In this document: positions 18,926 to 28,008 of the stretch, piece after piece
Layout of the letters: each line of letters opens with the position of its first letter
Numbering within the stretch: position 1 is the stretch's first letter
From: Candidatus Omnitrophota bacterium
Lineage (GTDB): Bacteria; Omnitrophota; Gorgyraeia; Gygaellales; Profunditerraquicolaceae
NCBI GenBank assembly: GCA_043823435.1
Contig: JBDRAV010000002.1
Location: 61,755 to 125,754, forward strand
Direction of reading: 5' to 3'
DNA length: 64,000 bases
Position numbers and translations under genes: made by a program
The notes under the pieces: model-generated
Databases searched by the model: none
What the model was told of the DNA's origin: nothing
The model's input: only the letters and a program-made list of their open reading frames with translations

Positions 18926-19015
18926 GGGAACCCACTCCGCCCGCCGTAGCATCCTCTTTTTAAGTAAGGCGCTATTTATCCCGATAAACCGCGTTTATAA
19001 CCGCCTAAATTTGCC

Positions 19016-19044
19016 TTGACTACCCATATTTAATATGTTAAAAT
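19016..19044 (+). promoter_or_regulatory. sigma70 promoter of rplU-obgE
   Basis: TTGACT-17 bp-(TGt)TAAAAT. Confidence 0.7.
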
Positions 19045-19089
19045 TATAACTCTATCAAATTAAATAATATAATTAAAGGAGAGCGACAA

Positions 19090-19407
19090 ATGTATGCAAT
19101 AATTGAAGTTGGAGCAAAACAGTACACCGTTAAAAAGGGCGATATCATTGAAGTAGAAAAACTGGCAGCCAAGGATGGGAAGGATATGGCCTTAAGCCAG
19201 GTTCTATTGTTAAGTAAAGATAAAAAGGTCGAGATAGGCACTCCTTATCTAAAAGATGTCAAGGTAGAAGCCGTAGTTTTAAAGCAGGTAAAGGGGGAGA
19301 AAAAGGTTTCTTTCAAGTACCGGCGCCGCAAGGCATCCCATTGGAAAAAAGGGCACCGTCAGCAATTGACCCGTTTAAAGATAAAAGAAATACTATTAAA
19401 AGAGTAG
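19090..19407 (+). CDS. rplU: 50S ribosomal protein L21
   Basis: MYAIIEVGAKQY...KYRRRK...KGHRQ. Confidence 0.97.
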   Translation: MYAIIEVGAKQYTVKKGDIIEVEKLAAKDGKDMALSQVLLLSKDKKVEIGTPYLKDVKVEAVVLKQVKGEKKVSFKYRRRKASHWKKGHRQQLTRLKIKEILLKE

Positions 19408-19475
19408 GTAGTATTTAGTAGATAGGTAATAGGGAAAACCTAGATCCTAGCTACTAATTCCTAATTGCTACTATA
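19404..19475. repeat. Inverted heptamer arrays between rplU and obgE
   Basis: gtaggta gtattta gtagata ggtaata ... tagatcc tagctac taattcc taattgc. Confidence 0.7.
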
Positions 19476-19481
19476 ATAACG

Positions 19482-20435
19482 ATGTTCATTGATAGCGTAA
19501 AAATAGATATCAGGGGAGGAAACGGCGGTAAGGGCTGCCAGAGCTTCTACCGTGATAAGTACGCCCGCTGGGGCGTCCCCGACGGAGGAAGAGGGGGGAA
19601 GGGTTCGGATATTATTATCAGGGCGGACAGGAACCTGCGCACCCTGATGGATTTCAGGTATAACAAACATTTTTACGGATTAAACGGAGCTCATGGTTCA
19701 GGCAATAACAAGAAAGGCAAAGAGGCCTCTGCCGTAATCATCCACGTGCCCTGCGGCACGGTCATAAAAGATATCAGGACAGATTGTATCCTGCGCGATT
19801 TAGATAAAGACGGGGAAGAAGTAATAGCCGCTTACGGAGGTAAGGGTGGTTCGGGAAATTACCGCGGTAATACCACTACTTCGGGTTCACCCGGCGAGGA
19901 AAAAAAGCTATTATTAGACTTAAAACTGATCGCGGATGCGGGTGTTATAGGTTTTCCTAATGCAGGCAAATCTACTTTAATAAGCGCTATCTCTCATGCC
20001 AGCCCGCAGATCGCCCCTTATCCATTTACCACAAAATCCCCTGTCCTGGGGGTGGTAAACAAGGACGATGTCCCGTTTGTCATAGCCGATATCCCCGGAT
20101 TAATAGAAGGAGCATCTAAAGGCAAAGGTTTGGGCGATAGATTCCTGAGGCATGTTGAGCGCACAAAGATCCTGGTGCATCTTATTGATATGTCTGCTTC
20201 AGAGGGGCGTAATCCCCTGGAAGATTACAGGGTCATAAATAAGGAACTAAAGGATTATAGCAGCGAAGTCTACAGAAAACCGCAGATCATCGCCGCTAAC
20301 AAGATGGATCTGGAGGGTGCGAAATTAAATCTCGCGAGATTCAGGAAAGCGGTAAGAAAAAGAGTGTATCCCATATCGGCATTAAAGAGAGAAGGCCTGG
20401 AGGAACTGATTGAAGCAATCAGAAAGAAATTATAA
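19482..20435 (+). CDS. obgE: GTPase ObgE/CgtA
   Basis: Gly-rich Obg domain, GFPNAGKST, YPFTT, DIPGLIEGA and NKMD. Confidence 0.97.
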   Translation: MFIDSVKIDIRGGNGGKGCQSFYRDKYARWGVPDGGRGGKGSDIIIRADRNLRTLMDFRYNKHFYGLNGAHGSGNNKKGKEASAVIIHVPCGTVIKDIRTDCILRDLDKDGEEVIAAYGGKGGSGNYRGNTTTSGSPGEEKKLLLDLKLIADAGVIGFPNAGKSTLISAISHASPQIAPYPFTTKSPVLGVVNKDDVPFVIADIPGLIEGASKGKGLGDRFLRHVERTKILVHLIDMSASEGRNPLEDYRVINKELKDYSSEVYRKPQIIAANKMDLEGAKLNLARFRKAVRKRVYPISALKREGLEELIEAIRKKL

Positions 20436-21474
20436 AAGAATAGTTATAAAGATCGGCAGCAGCCTGTTTTATTCGGGACGCAAGGAACTTGATTTTGGTG
20501 TTTTGAGCAGCGTTGCCGAACAATCGGCGCAGCTGGTTAAAGATAAGAAAGAAGCGGCCATTGTCTCTTCCGGAGCAATAGCCTTGGGGATGCATCTCTT
20601 GGGATTTAAGGAGAGGCCAAAGGAGCTCTGTGAGTTGCAGGCAGCAGCAGCGATAGGCCAGAATGAAGTGGTTAACCACTACCGCAATTCTTTTAAGGAT
20701 AAGGGAGTCCATGCGGCCCAGATCCTTCTGACCCGGGAAGACCTGAATGACCGAAAACGTTACCTGAACGCCAAGAATACGCTGCTTACTTTGATAAGAT
20801 TGCGAAGCCTGCCTATAATTAACGAAAACGATACGGTATCCACGGAAGAAATAAAATTCGGGGATAATGACCTGCTTTCAGCGCTTGTAGCCGCGCTGAT
20901 AAGCGCGGATCTTTTGATTATTCTTTCTGATATAGACGGCCTGCTGGATAGGGATAAAAAGGTTATTCCGGTAGTAGGAGAGATCACCTCCGAGATAAAA
21001 GCGCTTGCCCGTCCGACGGATAAAAAAACATGCGTAGGCGGAATGATCACCAAGATCGAAGCCGCAAAGATATGTATGGATTCGGGGATACCCTGTGTTA
21101 TTGCAAACGGGCGCACGAAAGATATAATTTTATCGGTAATAAAAGAGCCCGAAAAACACGGGACACTATTTTGTCCCAGGAAGAGCCTTGCGGCAAGAGA
21201 ACGCTGGATCGCCTTTGGCACAAGATCAAAGGGCAGGATCATGGTGGATGACGGCGCAAAGAGAGCGCTCTTGAATAATAAGAGCCTGCTTTCGGTGGGC
21301 GTTACGGGCATTGAAGGTAATTTTGATGCAGGCGATATCGTGAGCGTAACAGATAAAGAGAATATTGAGTTTGCCAGGGGTAAGGTGAGTGTTTCTGTAA
21401 AGCAATTAGATAACGTTAAAGGGAGCCGCCACGACAGGGAAGTCATCCATCGCGACGACATAGTTATCTTATAG
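20410..21474 (+). CDS. proB: Glutamate 5-kinase
   Basis: KIGSS, INENDTV, FGDND, GGMITK and a PUA domain. Confidence 0.96.
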   Translation: MKQSERNYKRIVIKIGSSLFYSGRKELDFGVLSSVAEQSAQLVKDKKEAAIVSSGAIALGMHLLGFKERPKELCELQAAAAIGQNEVVNHYRNSFKDKGVHAAQILLTREDLNDRKRYLNAKNTLLTLIRLRSLPIINENDTVSTEEIKFGDNDLLSALVAALISADLLIILSDIDGLLDRDKKVIPVVGEITSEIKALARPTDKKTCVGGMITKIEAAKICMDSGIPCVIANGRTKDIILSVIKEPEKHGTLFCPRKSLAARERWIAFGTRSKGRIMVDDGAKRALLNNKSLLSVGVTGIEGNFDAGDIVSVTDKENIEFARGKVSVSVKQLDNVKGSRHDREVIHRDDIVIL

Positions 21475-21527
21475 CACCAGGTGCAAATTTAAGATTGTAC
21501 CTGTCCCCATTACAGGATGCAGGTGCC
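21474..21527. repeat. CAGGTGCA-type REP-like hairpin
   Basis: CAGGTGCAA-8 nt-TTGTACCTG, followed by TCCCC and a further GCAGGTGC. Confidence 0.45.
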
Positions 21528-21540
21528 AAGAGGGATATAA

Positions 21541-22797
21541 ATGGATCTGAAAGAGGAATTAACCAGGATAGCCAGAAATGCGCAGGAAGCATCTAGGTAC
21601 ATGCTGGGCGTATCTTCTGCCACTAAGGATAAGGCCTTAAAGGGTATGGCCATGGCTTTAATCCGTAATAAAAGCGTTATCCTGAAAGCAAATAAAAAGG
21701 ATATCCGTAAGGCTATTGCCGCGAAGTCGCCGGGCGCCTTTATAGAGAGGCTTACCCTTACCGGCAAAAGGATAGAGGAGATGTCGGATTCCCTGCTATC
21801 AATAGCCGGATTAGATGACCCTGTAGGAGAGACGATTAAATCCTGGCGCAGGCCCAATGGCCTGCGGATAAATAAGGTGCGCGTGCCTATCGGGGTAATC
21901 GCGATTATCTATGAGTCTCGCCCTAACGTTACCTCTGATTGCATCGGGTTATGCTTTAAATCTGGTAATAGCGTGATCCTTAGAGGCGGAAGTGAAGCAT
22001 TGAATTCCAATCTCGCCATATACAAGATACTTAAAAGGGAGATAAAGAAATACGCGATACCCGAAGGCGTAATTAATATGGTCTCTACATCTGACAGGCG
22101 TGCCGTGGACTTCTTGCTAAAACTGGATAATTACATCGATCTGGTGATGCCCCGCGGAGGGGAGAGCCTAATCAAGCGGGTGGTTAACCTCTCGCGTATA
22201 CCGGTGATAAAACACTACAAAGGCATATGTCATGTCTATGTTGACGATTGGGCTGACCTGAATATGGCAGAGAAGATCTGCTTTAATGCCAAGGTCCAGA
22301 GGCCCGGAGTCTGCAATGCTATGGAGAACATGCTTGTGCATAGGGACGTAGCAACAAGGTTTCTCCCGGGGATGGCCGGGAAATTCAAAGAAGCGGGTGT
22401 CGAGATCCGCGGTTGTGACATTACCCGTAAAATTGTAAAGGGGATAAAGAGGGTAACCGATAAGGATTATTTTACCGAGTATCTCGATCTTATCCTTTCC
22501 GTAAAAGTGGTTGATGGCCTGGATGAAGCCGTAAGGCACATAAATCATTATGGCTCGCGCCATTCGGACAGCATCGTGACCGACAACAAAGAGAATGCCG
22601 GGCGTTTCTTAAGGGATGTGGATTCTGCCTGTGTATATGTTAACGCTTCCACGCGTTTTACCGACGGCTATCAATTCGGGATGGGTGCGGAGATAGGGAT
22701 CTCTACCGATAAACTGCACGCGCGCGGGCCCATGGCTCTCGAAGAATTAACGACATACAAATATATGGTATTCGGTAACGGCCATATCCGTTCCTAA
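21541..22797 (+). CDS. proA: Gamma-glutamyl phosphate reductase
   Basis: IYESRPNVT, RPGVCNAME, NASTRFTDG and ISTDKLHARGPM. Confidence 0.97.
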   Translation: MDLKEELTRIARNAQEASRYMLGVSSATKDKALKGMAMALIRNKSVILKANKKDIRKAIAAKSPGAFIERLTLTGKRIEEMSDSLLSIAGLDDPVGETIKSWRRPNGLRINKVRVPIGVIAIIYESRPNVTSDCIGLCFKSGNSVILRGGSEALNSNLAIYKILKREIKKYAIPEGVINMVSTSDRRAVDFLLKLDNYIDLVMPRGGESLIKRVVNLSRIPVIKHYKGICHVYVDDWADLNMAEKICFNAKVQRPGVCNAMENMLVHRDVATRFLPGMAGKFKEAGVEIRGCDITRKIVKGIKRVTDKDYFTEYLDLILSVKVVDGLDEAVRHINHYGSRHSDSIVTDNKENAGRFLRDVDSACVYVNASTRFTDGYQFGMGAEIGISTDKLHARGPMALEELTTYKYMVFGNGHIRS

Positions 22798-22803
22798 AAA
22801 CGA

Positions 22804-22919
22804 AGGACACTTCTCGTCCCAATCGGAGAAGTGTCCCCTAGATACAAATTATTATTAAGGAGGGACACTTCTCCGATTAGCTAAAGAAACGTTCCCCGAT
22901 TGGGTGAAGAAGTGTCCCT
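22804..22919. repeat. Cluster of GGGACACTTCT...AGAAGTGTCCC palindromic repeats
   Basis: Units at 22804-22838 (+), 22861-22878 (-, partial) and 22891-22919 (-); consensus GGGACACTTCTTNANCCAATCGGRGAAGTGTCCC. Confidence 0.85.
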
Positions 22920-22925
22920 GAGGGT

Positions 22926-23492
22926 ATGAAGATAGGGGTATTGGGCGGTACTTTTAATCCTATACATATCGGCCATCTTATCCTTGCCGAGGAAGTAAGG
23001 GAGAAGCTGAGTCTTGATAAGGTTATACTTGTACCTGCGAACCTCCCGCCGCATAAGGATAATTCCGATATTGCTCCTGCGGGCGCAAGGTTGGACATGA
23101 TAAGGCTGGCTATAAAAGGGAACAGGCATTTTTCATCATCCGAACTGGAGATAAAAAGAGACGGGCGCTCCTATACCATAGATACCATTAATGAATTTAA
23201 GAAGATATACGCCAACGATGAGTTGTATTTTATTATCGGCTCGGACCTCCTCAAATACCTGGCTGAATGGAAGGACCTGCAGGATATCATTAAAATGGTA
23301 AGGTTTGTAGCTGCTACACGCCCTGGTTACCCTTTGGAAAAGATACCTTCCTATATAGCCACGGTTGCGATAAGGGCGGTTGATATCTCCGGTTTTGAGA
23401 TCAGGAAGGCGATAAAGAAAAATAAATCATTCCAGTACCTGGTACCGGAGAGGGTATTTAATTATATTAATAAAAAGGGGCTTTACCGATGA
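22926..23492 (+). CDS. nadD: Nicotinate-nucleotide adenylyltransferase
   Basis: GGTFNPIHIGH, PPHK, SYTIDT and FIIGSD. Confidence 0.96.
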   Translation: MKIGVLGGTFNPIHIGHLILAEEVREKLSLDKVILVPANLPPHKDNSDIAPAGARLDMIRLAIKGNRHFSSSELEIKRDGRSYTIDTINEFKKIYANDELYFIIGSDLLKYLAEWKDLQDIIKMVRFVAATRPGYPLEKIPSYIATVAIRAVDISGFEIRKAIKKNKSFQYLVPERVFNYINKKGLYR

Positions 23493-24133
23493 GGATAAAG
23501 ATAGCGCCTTCCATACTATCGGCGGATTTCAGCCGCCTGGACAGGGAGATAAAGAAAGTCGAGCTGGCGGGGGCAGATATGCTCCATATCGATATTATGG
23601 ATGGCCATTTCGTGCCCAACATTACTATCGGCCCGGCAGTGGTCAAATCTATCCGTCGTATAACCAAACTCCCTTTAGACGTGCACCTGATGATAGAGAA
23701 CCCGCAAGAGTTAGTTGATGATTTTGTGCGGGCAGGAAGCGATATGATCACTTTTCATATAGAGACCATATCGAGCTCAAAGTTCAAAGCTCAAAGTTCA
23801 AAGCTTAGAAAAAAAGGAATAAAGGTGGGTATTTCTTTAAACCCAGCTACGCCGATAACAAGGATTAAACCCGTGTTGAGATTTGTAGATTTCGTCCTGG
23901 TTATGTCGGTTAACCCGGGATTCAGCGGCCAGGCATTTATGCCGGAGGCATTACCGAAGATAAAGGAGTTACGCTCCATCTTCCGCGGGGATATCGCAGT
24001 GGACGGCGGAGTAAACGATAAAGTAGCAGGCAGCATTATTAAGGCGGGCGCGAATATTTTGGCAGCGGGCTCATACGTGTTCGCAGCCAGGAACACAAAA
24101 TCAGCGATAGAAAGGATCAGGAATGCAAAGTGA
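23489..24133 (+). CDS. rpe: Ribulose-phosphate 3-epimerase (contains a heptamer array at 23774-23808)
   Basis: APSILSADF, HIDIMDGHFVPN, MSVNPGFSGQ and VDGG. Confidence 0.97.
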   Translation: MRIKIAPSILSADFSRLDREIKKVELAGADMLHIDIMDGHFVPNITIGPAVVKSIRRITKLPLDVHLMIENPQELVDDFVRAGSDMITFHIETISSSKFKAQSSKLRKKGIKVGISLNPATPITRIKPVLRFVDFVLVMSVNPGFSGQAFMPEALPKIKELRSIFRGDIAVDGGVNDKVAGSIIKAGANILAAGSYVFAARNTKSAIERIRNAK

Positions 24134-25511
24134 GAATAAGATAAGGTTCGGCACCGACGGCTGGAGGGCGGTTATCGGCCAGGATTACACATTCGAAAAC
24201 CTTAAAGTCGTCTCCCAGGCAGTCAGCGATTATTTAGGCCCGGGTAAATCCATAGCAGTCGGATTTGATACCCGTTTTATGTCCGGGCGTTTCGCAGAAG
24301 TAGCTTCGGATATCTTCCGGAATAACGGTATTGAAGTTGTGCTCTCAGACAGGCCTATACCTACACCGGCCTTAAGTTTTACCGTGAAAAACCGCAGCCT
24401 GGATTTAGGGGTTATGATTACCGCTTCTCATAACCCTTCTGAATATAACGGCTTTAAAATCAAGAATTCTTCAGGGGGCGCAGCAGACCCGGAAGTGACC
24501 AGGGAAGTAGAAAGCCTCCTGGGAAAGAACCCCGCGAAAGAAACGGGAACTGCTACGGTAAAGATAAAAAAGGAAGATCTCATAAACGACTATATAAGAT
24601 TTATCCGCACTTATGTTGACCTGAAGAGGATAAGGAAGAAGAGATTCAAGGTCCTGGTTGACGCCATGTACGGCTCAGGGGATAGTTTTATCGCATCAGT
24701 ACTCAAAGGGACTGATATAAGGCTGGAATTTATGCACAATACCATCAACCCTTCATTCGGGGGGACGCGCCCCGAACCGGTTGAGGAGAATCTAAAAGAG
24801 CTGAAAGATAAGGTCAAAAAGGGCAGATTTGACCTGGGAATAGCCCTTGACGGCGACGCAGACAGGATTGCGGCGGTAGCGCCCGGGGGAGTCTTTATCC
24901 ACCCCCAGAAGATATTGGGCCTTTTGGCGCTGCATCTGAATCAGGATAGGGGATGGAGCGGCGGTATCGTGAAGACCATCGCCGGAACGACTATGATCGA
25001 CCATATAGCCGCTTTCTTAAAAGTAAAACTTTACGAAACACCGGTCGGCTTTAAATATATCTCTACCCTCATGGAAACAGAGGATATACTTACCGGAGGA
25101 GAGGAGGCAGGCGGTATGGGCGTAAAAGGATACATACCGGAGCGGGACGGCAGCGTGGCAGGACTCCTCTTGCTTGAAATGATGGCTTACCGGAATAAGG
25201 ATATCTTAAAGATCCTGAATGAGACAGAGAAGAAATTTGGCAGGTATTATTATTTACGCGAGGATCTGCATCTAAAGAAACGCGTTGAACCCAGGAAGGA
25301 GAATCTCCCCAAAGAGCTTCTAGGAGAAAAGGTAGCCCAGGTAAAGGATTTTGACGGGATAAAAGTTATCTGTGATGATGAAAGCTGGCTGATGTTCCGC
25401 GCCTCGGGCACAGAGCCGATCATGCGCATATACTCAGAGGCCAAGTCTTTAAACAGGGCAAGGAAGCTTCTTGAATACGGAAAGGATCTGGTAAGCAGGG
25501 ATGTTTTATAG
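24123..25511 (+). CDS. Phosphoglucomutase/phosphomannomutase
   Basis: FGTDGWR, TASHNP, DGDADR and RASGTEP. Confidence 0.94.
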   Translation: MQSENKIRFGTDGWRAVIGQDYTFENLKVVSQAVSDYLGPGKSIAVGFDTRFMSGRFAEVASDIFRNNGIEVVLSDRPIPTPALSFTVKNRSLDLGVMITASHNPSEYNGFKIKNSSGGAADPEVTREVESLLGKNPAKETGTATVKIKKEDLINDYIRFIRTYVDLKRIRKKRFKVLVDAMYGSGDSFIASVLKGTDIRLEFMHNTINPSFGGTRPEPVEENLKELKDKVKKGRFDLGIALDGDADRIAAVAPGGVFIHPQKILGLLALHLNQDRGWSGGIVKTIAGTTMIDHIAAFLKVKLYETPVGFKYISTLMETEDILTGGEEAGGMGVKGYIPERDGSVAGLLLLEMMAYRNKDILKILNETEKKFGRYYYLREDLHLKKRVEPRKENLPKELLGEKVAQVKDFDGIKVICDDESWLMFRASGTEPIMRIYSEAKSLNRARKLLEYGKDLVSRDVL

Positions 25512-26085
25512 TATCTTAAGGTTTATATCCATGGTGCTACTTAAGACACTGTTGCGTCTTAGGGTGCAGGGATCAGAGAATATACCGGAAAAAGGGGGCT
25601 TTATTCTGGCCTCTAACCATGTCAGCTACATAGATCCTGTAGCTTTGGGGGTTGCTTGTAAACGCAAGTTAAATTACATGACAAAACAGGAGCTATTCCG
25701 CGGAGCGTTACTTTCCAGATTCTTCCGTATGCTGCATTGCTTTCCGGTGAAAAGGGATTCTGCTGATTTGTCGGCTATAAAGGAAGCAATGCACCGTGTA
25801 AGGGAAGGCGGCGGCCTCCTTTTATTCCCCGAAGGGAGCCGCAGGTTTGACGGGGGACCGCAAGAGCCGTACGCCGGGATAGGGTTTTTGACCGCAAGGC
25901 TTAATGTGCCGGTAATCCCGGCTTTAGTGAATGGTACTGACAAGGCACTTCCCGCCGGAGCTAAATTTATCAGGCTAACCGAAATTTCAGTATCATTCGG
26001 CAAACAAATTCCCATAGAAAGGAGGATGCCTTATCAAGATATCGCCAGGCAGGTAATGGATAATATCAGGCATCTTTCATGCTAA
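25501..26085 (+). CDS. plsC: 1-acyl-sn-glycerol-3-phosphate acyltransferase
   Basis: NHVSYID (NHxSxxD) and FPEGSR. Confidence 0.92.
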   Translation: MFYSILRFISMVLLKTLLRLRVQGSENIPEKGGFILASNHVSYIDPVALGVACKRKLNYMTKQELFRGALLSRFFRMLHCFPVKRDSADLSAIKEAMHRVREGGGLLLFPEGSRRFDGGPQEPYAGIGFLTARLNVPVIPALVNGTDKALPAGAKFIRLTEISVSFGKQIPIERRMPYQDIARQVMDNIRHLSC

Positions 26086-26291
26086 GGGTAAGATCAGCTA
26101 AAAATACCGGTTTTCATTCATATCTAAGATATATAGCAGCTCCGGATCAGCGCAGGCCCCCCGCAACATATCAAATACCATTAATTATACGAAACATTAT
26201 TCAACGGTCCCGTACGCCTTTATATTCCTTTTTTTGTACTTGCTGCGCGCGTTACAAAAATTCTCTGGTAAAGGAGGTGTATCCGTATTGA
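26079..26291 (+). pseudogene. Probable degenerate remnant of ispH (lytB)
   Basis: Lies between plsC and rpsA, the usual ispH position. The start MLRVRSAKNTGF resembles the IspH start 'AKxxGFC', and 'PLYS' resembles 'PVYSLG'. Confidence 0.45.
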
Positions 26292-26372
26292 AATCTTCTT
26301 GCGCCCAGGCGGCGCATGAAATTTATTAAACAATAACTCAGATTAACAATTAAGAAAGGGAGGTAAGAGGAA

Positions 26373-27914
26373 ATGTCAACAGATAAGAATACCATGGAGG
26401 AGCTTTATAATCAGAGCATAAAGATGCTGAAGGAGGCCCAGATTGTAAAGGGCAAGATCGTATCCATAAAATCAAAAGAGGTGTTGGTGGACGTGGGCTT
26501 TAAGTCCGAGGGTATCGTTCCTATCACCCAGTTCAGTAAAGAGGACTTGGGGGTCGGTAAAGAACTGGATTTCTTTGTTGATTGCATTGAAGACGATTCC
26601 GGGATGATAGGCCTCTCCCGCGATAAAGCCATACGCATACAAGGGTGGGATAATATCGTGAAGAACGCTAATGACGGTACCCTTGTTGAGGGTAAGCCGG
26701 TGAAGAAGGTGAAGGGAGGTTTCCTGATAGATGTTATGGGTATAGAAGGGTTCCTACCCACATCGCTTTCCTCCTTCAGGGGGCTGTCGGACAAGAGTAT
26801 CCTTTACAACAAGTTTAAATTCAAGATTATCAAAGTGAATAATTTAAGGCACAGCATAATATTATCCCACCGCGATGCCATGCAGAAATCCAGGGAGGAA
26901 GCGAAAGAAAAGTTATGGCAGGATTTAAAGGTAGGAGCTATTCATCCGGGTACGGTCAAGGCCATAACCGACTTCGGGGCATTTGTGGATTTAGGAGGCG
27001 CAGACGGGCTTCTCTATATCACCGATATGTCCTGGTCTAAGATCAGCCATCCTTCCGAGATAGTGGCGCTGGGGGATAAGATCGATGTGGTCATTCTGAA
27101 TATGGACAAGGAATCCGGAAAGGTTTCTCTCGGCTTAAAGCAGAGATTGCCCGACCCATGGCAGGATATCGAGACCAAGTACAGCGTAGCCTCAAAGGTA
27201 AAGGGTAAGGTGGTAAATATCCTGCCTTACGGCGTATTCGTGGAGCTGGAAAAGGGTATTGAAGGCCTGGTCCATGTATCCGAAATATCCTGGACAAAGA
27301 GGGTGAATAATCCGGGAGAGATGTTTGCCATAGGAGATATGCTGGAAGTTCAGGTGTTAAACATTGATAAGCAATCACGCAAGATATCTTTAAGTTTAAA
27401 ACAGCTGGAGCAAAACCCTTGGTTAGACGTTGAATCTAAATACCCGGTAGGCACAAAAATCCAGGGGAAGGTAAGGGGTTTTACCGCTTACGGGGTATTC
27501 GTGGAACTGGATAACAGCCTGGAAGGAATGATCCACGTTTCGGATATCTCTTGGACCAAAAGAGTAGCCCATCCGCAGGATATCTTTAAGAAAGGCCAGA
27601 AGATAGAAGTAGTGGTGCTTTCCGCGGACGCTGCAAACCGGCGCATTTCGCTCGGCTTAAAGCAATTGCATCCTAACCCATGGCCAGAGATAGCGGTCAA
27701 ATATCCGGTGGATACCGAGCTAGAAACGGAAGTAGTGAATGTGAACGATTTTGGGGTATTCGTAAAGATCGAAGAGGATCTGGAAGGCCTGGTCTATAGC
27801 AGCGAGATAGATAATGATGCTCTCGCGCAATTGAAACCGGGCGATAAGTTAAAAGCGAAAGTAATCAAGGTAGATGCGGAGCAGGCAAAGATAGGCCTTA
27901 CCTCCAAAATCTAG
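26373..27914 (+). CDS. rpsA: 30S ribosomal protein S1
   Basis: Repeated S1 domains (FGAFVDLGG, YGVFVEL, GLVHVSEISW). Confidence 0.95.
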   Translation: MSTDKNTMEELYNQSIKMLKEAQIVKGKIVSIKSKEVLVDVGFKSEGIVPITQFSKEDLGVGKELDFFVDCIEDDSGMIGLSRDKAIRIQGWDNIVKNANDGTLVEGKPVKKVKGGFLIDVMGIEGFLPTSLSSFRGLSDKSILYNKFKFKIIKVNNLRHSIILSHRDAMQKSREEAKEKLWQDLKVGAIHPGTVKAITDFGAFVDLGGADGLLYITDMSWSKISHPSEIVALGDKIDVVILNMDKESGKVSLGLKQRLPDPWQDIETKYSVASKVKGKVVNILPYGVFVELEKGIEGLVHVSEISWTKRVNNPGEMFAIGDMLEVQVLNIDKQSRKISLSLKQLEQNPWLDVESKYPVGTKIQGKVRGFTAYGVFVELDNSLEGMIHVSDISWTKRVAHPQDIFKKGQKIEVVVLSADAANRRISLGLKQLHPNPWPEIAVKYPVDTELETEVVNVNDFGVFVKIEEDLEGLVYSSEIDNDALAQLKPGDKLKAKVIKVDAEQAKIGLTSKI

Positions 27915-27992
27915 GGATACTTCTTAACCCAATCCCTGCCTGCCGGCAGGCAGGGAGGGACACTTCTTAATCCAATCGGGGAAGTGTCCCCC
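27913..27992. repeat. GGGACACTTCT repeat pair with a nested 24-bp perfect palindrome
   Basis: GGGATACTTCTTAACCCAA, then TCCCTGCCTGCCGGCAGGCAGGGA (27933-27956), then GGGACACTTCTTAATCCAATCGGGGAAGTGTCCCC. Confidence 0.85.
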
Positions 27993-28008
27993 TATGCGAG
28001 GTAGCAAG

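Noticed and set aside
22804-22919. Possible CRISPR array (palindromic ~35-bp repeats)
   Set aside because: The copies are inverted or partial, there are no regular unique spacers, and no cas genes are present.
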